Assembly (NCBI RefSeq): GCF_006345805.1
Contig: NC_043000.1
Coordinates: forward strand, 18,042,001 to 18,106,000
Reading direction: 5' to 3'
Origin: Octopus sinensis
Lineage: Eukaryota
Length of the DNA stretch: 64,000 bases
Part shown: positions 12,672 through 25,337 of the stretch, piece by piece
How positions within the stretch are numbered: the first letter of the stretch is position 1
Layout: each line of letters begins with the position of its first letter
Made by a program: the position numbers and the translations under genes
Notes under the pieces: generated by a model
The model's database searches: none
The model's input: the letters and a program-made list of their open reading frames with translations, nothing else
What the model was told of the DNA's origin: nothing

Positions 12672-13410
12672 ATATGTATATACATACACACACACACTCA
12701 CATACTTTTCACAAGTGAGAGCTAGATATGCTCAGTATAGAAAAAAAGGCATTGGAGGGGTGAACCATACCCTGTGTGCACACAAGGATAAAATAAAATT
12801 TAATATAATATATATTCTCACATAGGTTCATATTTCAACAAAATGACACCAAGAGTTATTTCTCTTGTTTATCATTTATGCATATGTAACCAAAAATATA
12901 AAAAGAGAACATTTTGATTTGCCCATCTGTCAGTTTTGAAGATAATCTAACCAAAATTTAATGAGTTTAAGTCACTCACCCAATGAATATTTCTGCCAAA
13001 TTTGGTGAAAATCCATTCAACTGTTTTCCAGTAATTTTGCAAACACACAGACAAAGATGAACAACTACACTACCCTGCTTTTGCTGAAGCATGCAGGGCA
13101 AATATGTAGTAGAGCTCAAAGGAATTGTTACAGCATCAAGAGTGGGCTAAAGAGAAATCCAGGTGAGCTGACTGATATGAGATAGTGATGCACTTAAACA
13201 CAATTAGGCTTTGCCAATTTTCTCTTGAAGGAACCCAGACTTAGAGTAATATCTCTGTGTAACTATTTATTGATTGAATGCTCAAGACTTTTTGCACATT
13301 CCATATGCAAATTATGAACATTATGATTATTATGCAATTCTGAGCTTCCCGAAACAGCTGTCAAGTTAAGTAACTATGTATTTTCTTCTTTGTATACTGT
13401 ATTTTTTATG

Positions 13411-13492
13411 TTCTATGTAAATATATTTTTATAAATATTTGTATATAAGTGTGAGTGGATATATAAGTGTATCTCTCTCTCTATATATATAT

Positions 13493-13565
<73 letters not shown>

Positions 13566-13667
13566 CACTTATATATCCACTCACACTTATATACAAATAT
13601 TTATAAAAATATATTTACATAGAATATATTTTTCTTGGCAATGTTTAAACATTGCCAAGAAAAATAT
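13411..13667. repeat. Inverted repeat around (TA)n followed by a perfect 42-bp palindrome
   Basis: 13411-13480 inverted at about 13555-13624; 13626-13667 ATATTTTTCTTGGCAATGTTT|AAACATTGCCAAGAAAAATAT. Confidence 0.95.
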
Positions 13668-13672
13668 TTAAA

Positions 13673-13735
13673 CCACCTGATGAATGACTGCGACTCAAAA
13701 ATTTGAAGACAGCAGGCACGAAACGATTGTAGTGG
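13673..13735 (+). ncRNA. Type I hammerhead ribozyme motif (slightly decayed)
   Basis: CCAC-CUGAUGA-AUGACUGC...GCAGGCAC-GAAA-CGAUUG-UA-GUGG. Confidence 0.7.
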
Positions 13736-13855
13736 ATATTAATTATATTTTTTTAATAATTTTGTTACATATTTAAATAATATAAATTAATCATATGTAT
13801 TGGCTTAAGTCTTTCATTGTTTGATTTGCCTAATTGTGGTTTTGTCTCTAATTTA

Positions 13856-13887
<32 letters not shown>

Positions 13888-14633
13888 GATACACACACAC
13901 ATAAAATATTGATCATACTCTGTATAAAGTTAATGGTAATCTCAATTGTGACTCAGGGGCTTTTAATGCCCTCCCTCTCTCACCTCATTTCTCCACTACT
14001 TAAAAAAAATAAAGAAAAAAGTTGACCATTTATATAGTTCCTAAATGTTTTGAATGTAGTTGTATCCCAAATTGTGGTGCATTGACAAACTCCAAATCAG
14101 AGCGAAATAAATTTATCTGCATCTACTTGCAGCTACTAGGACAACCAAAACATGAAAGAAAAGGAATGAATTATACAGAAATATCTACAGACATAATAAA
14201 ATAAGTATATGATAATTAAAATCTCTCTCAGCAATTCTCTCCCCTTGAAGGAAATTTTTCTCCCTCTTCTATTTCTTGACAAACCCTATTTTTTCTCTGC
14301 CTCTTAAGATGAAAGCAACCACAGATGGTGGCAACGGCAGCAATGGTGGTAACCAGTATATATATCATCATCATTTAACCTCCGCTTTCCATGCTAGCAT
14401 GGGTTGAACGATTTGACTGAGGACTGGCAAACCAGATGGCTGCGCCAGGCACCAATCTGATCTGGCAGAGTTTCTATAGCTGGATGCCCTTCCTAATGCC
14501 AACCACTCCGAGAGTGTAGTGGGTGCTTTTACATGCCACCGGCACGAGGGCCAGTCTGGCGGTGATGGCAATGGCCACGCTCAAAATGGTGTTTTTTACA
14601 TGCCACCTGCACAGGAGTCAATCCAGCAGCACT

Positions 14634-14679
<46 letters not shown>

Positions 14680-14708
14680 AAGCCTGATTGTGTTGATCTG
14701 CTTCACTA

Positions 14709-14747
<39 letters not shown>

Positions 14748-15693
14748 CATCTTCATTTAATGTCCAACTTGCATGCGTAAGTAGGACGGATGAAAGGAGC
14801 TGGCAAGGTAGGGAAACTACCCTAGGCTACTGTGTCTGTTTTGGCAGGGATTTTACGGCTGGATGTCCTTTCTAACACCAACCACTCTGAAAGTGGACTC
14901 AGTGCTTTTTATGTGGCACTAGCACAGGCGAAATTAGTTCTGGCATGATTTTCCAAACACCAACTGCATTACAGTGTACTCTGGATGCTTTTAACATGAC
15001 ACCAGCACTGGCATGGTAACCAAGTAACTCACAAGACAAGGAATTATGAGATGGGGAGGGCATTTGAGGAGGGCAACTTGTGTCAGAGTGTGACGAAGAG
15101 ACAGAGAGACAGAAGCAGGTGTCTTGCCACAACAGAGGAGACATTAAAGGAGGTGATCCAGTATCAAATGATGAAAGAATAGAGAAATAGAAAGGCTCAA
15201 ATAGGCATCTTGCTATAGAGGAGGTACATGGTTACCCAGTGAGAAAGTGAGAGAGAGGAAAGAGAAAGAGAGTGAGAGCTAGTCAGAGGAAAAACAAGAG
15301 GAGAGAGAGTGTGACCAAAGAGAAAGAGAGTAGGAAATAGCAAAAGTGTAAGAGAGAGTAAAAGAGAGATGTTGTAGTATTAGGGTATACTCACAAGTAA
15401 CAAGAATATGAGCACTGAACCTTGTTAGAAAAATAGGGTGTGGATGTTGGGGTGTGTGGGGAGCAGTAATACAGTGAGCAGGGCAGTGAAGGCAAGAAAG
15501 GAAATTGGAAAACAGTCATAGGCACAGGAGTGGCTGTGTGGTAAGTAGCTTGCTAACCAACCACATGGTTCCGGGTTCAGTCCCACTGCATGGCATCTTG
15601 GGCAAGTGTTTTCTACTATAGCCTCGGGCCCACCAAAGCCATGTGAGTGGATTTGGTAGACGGAAACTGAAAGAAGCCTGCCGTATATATGTG

Positions 15694-15727
<34 letters not shown>

Positions 15728-16638
15728 CGTGTGTGTTTCTGTGTCTGTGTTTGTCCCCCTAGCATTACTTGACAACCGATGCTGGTGTGTTTATGTCCCC
15801 GTCACTTAGCGGTTCGGCAAAAAGAGACCGATAGAATAAGTACTGGGCTTACAAAAAGAATAAGTCCCGGGGTTGAGTTGCTCGACTAAAAGGCGGTGCT
15901 CCAGCATGGCCACAGTCAAATGACTGAAACAAGTAAAAGAAAAAGAAAAAAAGTTTATGAAGAGGAAATGTGAAGAAGAGAAAAATGCAGTTAGGACAGG
16001 AGTTGTATATCTGTGTCATGGCAAGAATATCTACATGTCCTGTATATGTAACCTATCTTTGCCATGAGACCAGTACTGGTTACATATCCCAGCCGAGAGA
16101 GTAGATTACACTATGCCTAAACTTGGATTCATGACAAACAATACTTAGGTGATATTAAATAAGGTTGTTAAGTGAAATGAATCAAGTTGACCATTAATTG
16201 TCACAAACTGGGTCACAAGCAGAAATAGGTCATGAAACCATGATTAATGAAGAACCATAGCTTTTTTCTTGCTTAGTCAAGAGGAAAGGCAGAGTATATG
16301 CCCTTTTATAGGGTTTTTAAAATTGGAGGAAAGGTGGGGGAGGAAGATACTTTCAAACCAGAAACCTGGGTCCAATGTTTGCAACAGAGTGGACTCCACT
16401 AAAGTCACCCAAAAGGCAAGTGGTAGTGTTAAGCCAGGTGATAAATTAAGTCTGCTAATCAAGGGACACTGCTAAAGGGATGTAAGGTCCAGGAAGTAGT
16501 GTAGGTAGATGAAAATAGAAGGCTAAAATAAGACAAGACTGTGTTTAACCAACAAAGAAGTATCTATACATTCTATGACATTCAGTGAGATAGAAATAGG
16601 AAATCACAGCCTTACCATTAACAAGCAACTATACATAT

Positions 16639-16670
<32 letters not shown>

Positions 16671-16677
<7 letters not shown>

Positions 16678-17106
16678 TAGTGAATTGAAGAAATGGAGTT
16701 GAACGAAGATTGAACAGAAATCCTTTTATTGCATTCTACACGTGTTTCGAAAGCCACAATTTACCAAATTCCGATTGAATAAGGAGACCATATTGTTGTC
16801 TTTCTCTTCAGAAGAAATAGGAATTCCGTTGGCAGAACAAAAACAGAACAGAGGCGCAGCAAAACAAATCGAACGAGGCCATGGGCTCTTAGGAGCCTCC
16901 TCGTTCGATTTGTTTTGCTGCGCCTCTGTTCTGTTTTTGTTCTGCCAACGGAATTCCTATTTCTTCCTGAAGAGAAAGACACAATATGGTCTCCTTATTC
17001 AATCGGAATTTGGTAAATTGTGGCTTTCGAAACACGTGTAGAATGCAATAAAAGGATTTCTGTTCAATCTTCGTTCAACTCCATTTCTTCAATTCACTAA
17101 TAATAT
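16671..17106. repeat. Near-perfect long inverted repeat (about 208-bp arms, 20-bp spacer)
   Basis: 16671-16878 is the reverse complement of 16899-17106 apart from single-base indels. Confidence 0.97.
16964..17043 (+). ncRNA. Type I hammerhead ribozyme motif (inverted twin at 16734-16816, minus strand)
   Basis: UUC-CUGAAGA-GAAAGaCACAAU...AUUGUGgCUUUC-GAAA-CACGUG-UA-GAA, palindromic stem III, AATAAA at 17047. Confidence 0.78.
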
Positions 17107-17257
17107 TAAAATTCAATTATCCGCACCAACGCACGGTTGCAACACCATATGGTTGTACCTCCAACCGTGCTTTCTTCTGCTGTGATTTTTGCTACCAAGG
17201 TATCGGTTAAACTTTTGATTAATCTGCAACAAGATTATTCATCTTTCTATTTCACCA

Positions 17258-17299
<42 letters not shown>

Positions 17300-18589
17300 G
17301 TATGTTTTTTTGAATAACTACTTCTATACTTATCTTAAATGTATTGAATTTTATATTGTATATATGTATGTTATTATGGTTGTAGTTTCGATACTTAGAT
17401 AAGGCAACATTCTAATATCCTAAAGCCGATAGACCAACTAATGTGTTTCTCCATTTTCTTATTTGTAATATATATATATAGTCATCATCATCATCGTTTA
17501 ACATCTGCTTTCCATGCTGGCATGGGTGGATTGTTTGACAGGAGTTGGCCAAGCAGAACCCTGCACCAGATGACTGCAACTGTTTTGGCAGGATTTTTAC
17601 AGCTGGATGCCTTTCCTAACACCAACCACTCAGCAGAGTGAACTTAGTGTTTTTTTATGTGGCACAAGCAGAGGCGAAGTTAGTTTTTGCAAGGTTTCTT
17701 CACAGTTAGATGCCCTTCGAAATGCGAACCACTTTACAATGAGGATTTGATGCTTTTTAAGTGGCACCTGCACTGACAGGGTCACCAAGTAACCTGCAAG
17801 ACAAAAATCTTTTGAGATGGGAGGGGGTGCTGGAGGAGGTGATCTTGTGTCAGATGATGAAAGGTTATAGTGAGGCAGAGAGGCAGAAACTGGTGTCCTG
17901 CTGAAGAGGAGGTACAAGGTTATCTGATGAGTGAGTGAAAGAGAGAGAGATCAGGAATGAAGGCCATGATACAGAGGAACAAGGCCCGTGAGGATAGGAT
18001 TGGAAAGTGGAAGGTAGGTATAGTAAATGAAGGAGGGAATGTGAGGAAGAGACGTAAAGACGTAGATTGGTTTGTTGGGGTAGGGTGTGTGAAAAGTTTT
18101 CTTGTCATGTGTGGGTGGAACACACAGGTCAAGGGCTAGTAGATAGCAATGATACAGTGAAACAGGGGGTGTGGGTGGAACACAGGTCAGGTTACCAGTG
18201 GAGAGCAATGGTACAGTGGGACAGGATTGGGAGGTTTTAAGGCGGTGAGCTGGTAGAAACGTTAGCACGCCAGGCGAAATGCTTAGCGGTATTTTGTCTG
18301 CCGTTACGTTCCGAGTTCAAATTCCGCCGAGGTCGACTTTGCCTTTCATCCTTTCGGGGGTCGATAAATTAAGTACCAGTTACGCACTGGGGTCGATGTA
18401 ATCGACTTAATCCGTTTGTCTGTCCTTGTTTGTCCTCTCTGTGTTTAGCCCCTTGTGGGTAGTATAGAAATAGGATTGGAAGGTTAGCATAGTGCATGAA
18501 GTGGAAATGTGAAGAAGAGAAGAGATATAGTTTGGTTTGTTGTGGTAGAGAGTGTGAGAAGTTTTCTTGTTAAGTGTGGGTAGGACATC

Positions 18590-19085
18590 CAGTGCTTCTA
18601 GAACTCAGTGGGTGGGTTTTCTCAAGAACCTCATATTGCCAGACATCTCGGTCCATTGTCATTTCTCCCATCAGTCCTTACTACTTCAGCCCACACCTTC
18701 CTCTTCTGCAGGTACCATCCACTTTCAGTGATCGGCACTCCTTTATGCAGCTGTCCTCATTCATACGCATCACAAGTCCAAACCAATGTAGTCTTCTCTC
18801 TTCCATGCTACATTTGATTCCTCTTATGTCCATCTTTTCCTCTCAATACATTTGCACTTTGCCGTACATGTGCACTGATGTTGCACACCTCTTCAGTCTA
18901 AGCATGTCTTCTGCATTCAGAGCTCATGCTTCATAACCATGAAGCATAGATGTTCTCACAAAAGCATCATACAATCTACCTTTCACTCTGAGAAGGAGTC
19001 CTTTTGTTGCCAACAGAGGTAACAGCTCTCTGAACTGCCTCCACCCAATTCTTATTCTAGAAACAATACTTACAGAGCATCCTGA
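18590..19085 (-). mobile_element. Old RTE ORF2 C-terminal fragment; others at about 28905-29260(+), 48230-48450(-), 54300-54600(-)
   Basis: Degenerate matches to the LINE C-terminus (ELLPLL, GRLYDA, W.G.V.RM, EGTCGRG.PR.TW). Confidence 0.75.
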
Positions 19086-19559
19086 AAAATTAGTAAAATA
19101 ACCTTGTAACTATTAAGGTGGTGTTTGAAACGTAAGATTAAAATGAAGTGCTGATGGAAGGTTTTAATTCAAGCCAGAAGTATGTATCAGAACCAAGGGT
19201 GGTCTGAGATGGGTTGGTATCAAAAGGGTTAATAAATTATGCAAGAGCTGACATGGGATTAAAAAAAACAACAGGTAGGGCTTGTGGCTTAAACAGACTA
19301 GCTGTGATACAGAGTTAGATAAAACTCACAAAAGACAGAAGTGTTGCTTAATAAAATCCAAACAAAGCAGTAATAAGCTAAGGAAAGAAATAAGCCATTA
19401 CAACAGCTAACAAAAAAAAGGAAGGCTTTGGAGAAAGATAAAATTATTGTGTCAGAAAAGAATGATGACTATGATGGCTGTTATTGTACAGTTACTAATT
19501 TTGACTATCAGTGAAGTAGAGCAGAGGAGAAGCACAATACAACCTCTTGGGTTTTATGT

Positions 19560-19850
19560 AAGTCATTTACTGCATTGATTGGGTGGGATTACTGGTTGAT
19601 GGCGGTATTGTTTGATTGAAACTGAAGCAGGCTGATGGCTGGAGATAAAACACAAGCAGGAAAAATGTATTCTGTTGGAAAACAGTTTTGGAAGCAGAAG
19701 GATTGGACAAAATATTATGAGAACTGTGGAAACAATGAGCACCAAGAGTCAACAGGTCTGAAGAACAGAGGCTGCTGTGGTAGCAAAAACTAATTAAACA
19801 AACAGGAGAAACTTGAAAGGTAAGAGAGGAAGCAATGATTGCAAGGATAA
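19560..19850 (-). mobile_element. Ancient CR1/jockey-like LINE 3' fragment
   Basis: Degenerate CSSDL...YS.SF..KT..N..P..V..P....L.QF.S pattern typical of CR1-group C-termini; heavily decayed. Confidence 0.4.
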
Positions 19851-20900
19851 GATGAATGTTTAAGTAGCTACATAACTATACCTCCGATCAAAGGTGACAG
19901 CTTTCTCTTATTTTAATATTCACAGCTCTGATTCTAGGAATAAAGACACCGTAAAGAACAAAAACAATTTGTTGGATGTATGAATGTGTACATGTATGTA
20001 AGAGCACACGTGTGCACACACACACACACAATTTCATTAGAGAAAACTCAAATTTTATAACAGAAAACAGATATATGATATTGAACATGGAATCTCATGA
20101 TAGTGAAGTAATCTTCTGAACTACACAGCTAAATGCTTATTATCATTGCCATCATCCTTTAATGTCCATATTCTCAGTCGGCATAAGTTGGGAAAAGTGT
20201 TACCCCAGAAAAGGACATATCCACATATATGCTTTCCTCTCCCATCTATCCTCATTCTTCTGTTATTACTGTTCTCTTCAATTCACCTCTTCAGCAACAC
20301 AACCCTGAGTGTACAAACAAATTATAGAGTGGTGAGGACCCTCTGATATCATAGAGTATAATGGGACCTGCTAAGGTTGACACACCAATAAACCATCCCA
20401 GAGATTCTGTACAGTAGTCAATGAGCAAGTAAAGATGGATGGTTTAGTAGACCCTTTTGCTTTGTGGAAAATATGGTAACCTCTCTAATGTTGGTGCCGT
20501 GATAAAATGCTCCATTACATTCTGTACAATGTGGAATCAAGAGGATCCTTTAATCCTGCTGAGGACATGACAACCTTTTTACTACTGGTGGCACAATAAA
20601 ATGCACCTAGTACACTGGGAAATGGTTGGTGTTAGGAAGAGCAACCAGCCATAGAAAGTAAAGCAAAATTGAAACATATGAGATGGGGTTCTTCAAGCTG
20701 TGTAGGAGAGCAAGAAGCCTGAATAACAACTGACTCACATTGTGAAGACCCGTCCAACCCATTCTCTCAGGAAAATTGGTAAAATGATGATGAGGATGAT
20801 GATGATGTGCACAGATAAACATGTATAGATTTATGGGTGTATTTGTATATGAATGTAATAAAACAAAAAAATAAATAAAAAGTTAAATGAGAATGGTTAC

Positions 20901-21530
20901 CTGGGGGGAATCTGGATTTGGAACATTTGTTGGTGAATGGTTCCACTGTTGCCTGGGAAATTTAAGGTTTGATTTTGGTGATTTTTGATTAGATAAACCA
21001 TCAAGCCTCTTCTGTTTTAAATAGTCTAAAATGGGTTTTGATCCTCGATCACAAATATCTTGTGTTGGATTTTCCATCAGGTTGTCACAAGCTAAAATTA
21101 ACCGCAAAGAGCTGCACTCAATTAGAGATAAAGGTAATTCCCGGATCTTGTTATGTGAAATATTTAGTTTTTGGAGTGATTTCATTTCTCCAAGAGATTT
21201 GGGCAGTGTTATCAACATGTTGTTGGACAGATCGAGTTTGGAGAGTTTGTCAAGTTGAACCATGGTGTAAGGAATTTGTTTGAGATAGTTATGGTGTAGA
21301 ATGAGGATCTCCAAATGTAGGAAGAGCCCCATTGTATCAGGCAGGAAATAGAGGTTGTTGTGGCTCAAATCCAGGTAAGTCAGGTGTGGAAATATAAATG
21401 GCATGTTCAGCTGGATCTCAGTCAAAGAGTTGAACGAAGCATTGAGACGTTCGTAGAGTGACAGTGTCTCTGGGATTGGTAGAGCTATCTGGGATTCAGT
21501 GTTTATTCGCTTTGACTTGCTTTGAATGTA
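20901..21530 (-). CDS. Leucine-rich repeat protein, internal exon (210 codons)
   Basis: Polypyrimidine tract + TTTTGCAG acceptor, donor CAG|GTAACC; repeated LxxLxLxxNxLxxLP motifs (LTYLDLSHNNLYFLP, LSKLDLSNNMLITLP, LQKLNISHNKIRELP) and a C-cap NLMENPTQDICDRGSKPILDYL. Confidence 0.93.
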
Positions 21531-24500
21531 CTGCAAAAATATGAAGAAAAAAAAAAATGACTTTTATCACAAATTTTTATTTGGTACAAGAAGGAAGTAG
21601 GGTAAGGGAACTTGCGTAATGATTAGGTCTTCCTTAAAAAAAAATTATCAGTGACGTGAACTGGTCACAACTAAAGATTGAAATTGGCTCATAGTTTTCA
21701 ATTGCTGTGCAATTGCACTAGCAATTAAGGCTTAGTATCAGCAATAACTATAACAATAAGGCTAGTAATTAACAGCCATCATGTTTGGGCTAAAAACAAA
21801 TTAACAACAATTATAGTTAAGGATTAGCAATTAACTGTCATTGTAGAAGGCTGTTACAGAATATTGTAAGCTATTTCACCCCATGTTCGAGGTTTTGTTG
21901 ACCCACTGATTGAAACCCATAACATAAAAGGGCAAGATGAAATAACATAAGGCATTTATCATAATAATAATAATATGGGCTACAGCAAATATTCTGCTCA
22001 ATACCACAAATTTGCTTGTCAGATGTTTGACCTTAACCAGTTGAACATGTCCCTTAGTGGCTGACGATATGTGCATCTCTGATCACGAGCAAAAGTAGAG
22101 GGAGAGCATCATAGCCATGTGTCGAGAGGGATTCTTTGGGGTCTGAATAATTCACCTCTGGAAACATGGGTGTTTCATTCAACATCCTTAAACAACCCTT
22201 ATTCAGGGACCTTTTGAGCGGGATGGGCTACTCGACCAGAAGAAAATTCTAACTGGGACCCATCTGCAAGGTCATGTGCTGTTTATCTTAATATGAGATC
22301 ACCATGTCACGCACATATGGCTGTGATGTATGTGCCTAGTGTACCCTTATCAGATGGGTATACTGGGCTTCGTATATTTTACCCCAGTGTCACTTTGATG
22401 GCATGCACTGCTCTCTCATTCAATAATAATAATAATCATGGTTTCAAATTTTGGCTCAAGGTCAGCAAGTTCAGGGGAGGTGGGTAAGTCAATTACACTG
22501 ACCCCCGTGTTCAACAGATAATAATTTTATCAACACTGAAGGATGAAAGGCAAAGCTGAGCACATGGAATTTGAACTCAGAATGTAAAGACGGATGAAAT
22601 GCTGCTAAGCATTTTGCCCAGTGTGCTTATGATTCTGCCAGCTCACCATCTTAATAATAATAAGAATTCTTTCTATTGTAAGCGCAAGGCCTAAAATTTT
22701 GGATGAGAGGGCTAGTTGATTACATCGCCCCCAGTGTGTGACAGTTATAATAATGATGATCATTTTTTTCTAATTTTGAAGGGAGGGGTAAGAATGATTA
22801 CATTGACCCGAAAATTGAACTGGTATTTGTTTTATTGAAGCTGGAAGGATGAAAGGCAAAGTCAACCTCGACAGAATTTGAACCCAGAATATAAGGAGCC
22901 AAAATGTAATAATCAGTATTGTTTAATATCCGCTTTCCATGCTAGCATGGGTTGGATGATTTGACTGAGGACTGGCGAACCAGATGGCTGCACCAGCCTC
23001 CAATCTGATCTGGCAGAGTTTCTACAGCTGGATGCCCTTCCTAACACCAACCATTCTGACAGTGTAGTGGATGCTTTTACATGCCACCAGCATGAGGGCC
23101 AGTCAGGCGGTACTGGCAACGGCCATGCTCAAATGGTGTTTTCCATGTGCCACCTGCACAGGAGCCAGTGGAGTGGTACTGGCAACGACCTTGCTTGAAT
23201 GTTTTTTCACGTGCCACCAGCACTTTGCCACATGGGCTGCAGTTTTGTGGGAGGGGATGAATTGATTACATTGACCCCAGTTTTCAACTGGTACTTATTT
23301 TATCGACCCTGAAAGAATGAAAGGCAAAGTCAACTTCGGTGGAATTTGAACTCAGAACGTAGCAACAGGTGAAATACTGCTAAGCATTTCGTCCAGTGTT
23401 TAACAATTCTGCCAACTCACTGCCTTTAATCTTTTCTACTCTAGGCACAAAGCCTGAAACTCTGAGGAGGGGGCTAGTCGATTCTATTGACCCCAGTGCA
23501 TAACTGGTATCTATTTCATCAACTCTAAAAGGATGAAAGGCAAAGTCAACCTCAACAGAAATTGAACCCAGAATGTAAGAAGCCAGAATGTATTAATAAT
23601 AATAATAATAATAATATAATAATCCTTTCTACTTTAAGCACAAGGCCTGAAATATTGGGGGAGGGGAAAAGTCGATTACATTGACCCTAGTACTCAACTG
23701 GTATTTATTTTATCGACCCTGAAAGGATAAAAGGTAAAGTTGACCTCGGCAGAATTTGAACTCAGAACACGAAGATGGATGAAACATCGCTAAGCTTGGT
23801 GTGCTAATGATTCTGCCAGCTTGCTGCCTTAAATAAATAAATAAAAACTGCACTTCCTAACAACAGGAATATTGAAAAGTCAATGTGCCAGAAGTGTCTG
23901 ATTAGACACAGTGTTAGCATAAGAGATGAACAGAAAACAGAGATAGTGTGTGATTAAGCTAAAACAAGACTTATAAACAAACCATTAAACATACAGCCTT
24001 ATCGATTCAATCAATTGCAGGCCAGTTGCAGTTCTGGCAAATACACTGAACATAATTATTAAACAGATATGTCAAATAGGTCTGCTGGAAAGATTATGGA
24101 TGAGTGTAGCAGCTTTCATCTGCAGTTCTTGATGCAGCCGGGCCTTTCTGATAGGGGAGGAGTGATCTAAGCAATGAGAAATGTGTCAGAACTGACTTAA
24201 GAAATTTAGATTTATCAAAACAGCTCAGTATATGAAAACCTATCAAATTAGTCAATTACATCAACCTCAGGGTTCAACTGGTACTTATTTTATTGATGCC
24301 GAAAAGGTGGAATTTGAACTCAATGTAAAGACAGACAAAGTACCTATTTCTTTACTACCCACAAGGGGCTAAACACAGAGGAGACAAACAAGGACAGACA
24401 AACGGATTAAGTCGATTACATCGACCCCAGTGCATAACTGGTACTTATTTAATCGGCTCAGAACATAATGAGTCTGAGGAAATACTGCAAAGCATATATA

Positions 24501-24599
24501 ATAATATTTTAATAATTTTGAATTCCTGGGGTTATAATTTCAAATAACTTTCTTTTAAAACAATTTATATGACCACCAAATCGTTTACAAGCTTGTTAA

Positions 24600-24820
24600 C
24601 CCTTTCGTTACCAACCCGGCTGAAACCGGCTCTGGCTCTGTTGTACAAATGTCTCGTTTTCATACGTTTTGAATTAAAATCTTCCATCAAACCTTAGTCA
24701 CAATTTATGTTCCTAACACTAGCTGAATGATTACTAAGTTATTTTACTAAATTCTTTGTTATACTTAAAGTAATTGAAAGAAACACAGAGCATCTCAAAA
24801 TAAATACAGTAACGAAAGGG
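24600..24820. mobile_element. piggyBac-like MITE family 2; inverted copy at 32097-32316, partial at about 19080-19230
   Basis: TTAA|CCCTTTCGTTAC...GTAACGAAAGGG|TTAA. Confidence 0.88.
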
Positions 24821-25302
24821 TTAACCATTTCTTCATGGACACAAGCAGCCTATTTCAAGACTTTGTAAAGTTAGTGTAGTTGCTTCAAGGTACGGCTGTG
24901 AAGTAAAGCTATGTGATTCTGGATTTATTTCCACTGCTTGTCACATTCGGGTGATTGTCATCAGTTAACCAATGTCTTTGTGAAATGTGGCAGATGAAAG
25001 CTGAATGGAAGCCTATTAGAGGAACTATTTGAATTCTTGAATGGTAGACATTAAATGTGCAGGTGTATTTGTGTGGTAAGAAGTTTGCTCCCCAACCACA
25101 TGCGTGGCACCTCGGGCAGGTATCTTCTACTAAAGCCTTGGGCTGACCAAAGCCTTGTGAGTGGATTTGGTAGACAGAAACTGAAAGAAGCCTGTCGTAT
25201 ATATAGTTAATCCCAAAAAAAACAATGGAGAAAAACACAACAACGCAAGGACATGGTACATGCAAAATATTAATAACACACTTAAGGAAGGAAAGAAAGG
25301 GT

Positions 25303-25337
25303 GTTTTACATTTCAAGCAAAGCTCTTCTTCAGAAAC
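25303..25337 (-). ncRNA. Minimal type I hammerhead ribozyme motif
   Basis: GUUU-CUGAAGA-A-GAGC uuu GCUU-GAAA-UG-UA-AAAC. Confidence 0.65.

Noticed and set aside
16742-17041. ORFs on both strands / pre-miRNA
   Set aside because: Mirror-image products of the long palindrome; the hairpin is far longer and more perfect than a typical pre-miRNA
19882-19933. Candidate third exon of the LRR gene (acceptor TTCCTAG, donor GAG|GTATAG)
   Set aside because: In-frame TAA in the required phase 0 and weak splice sites
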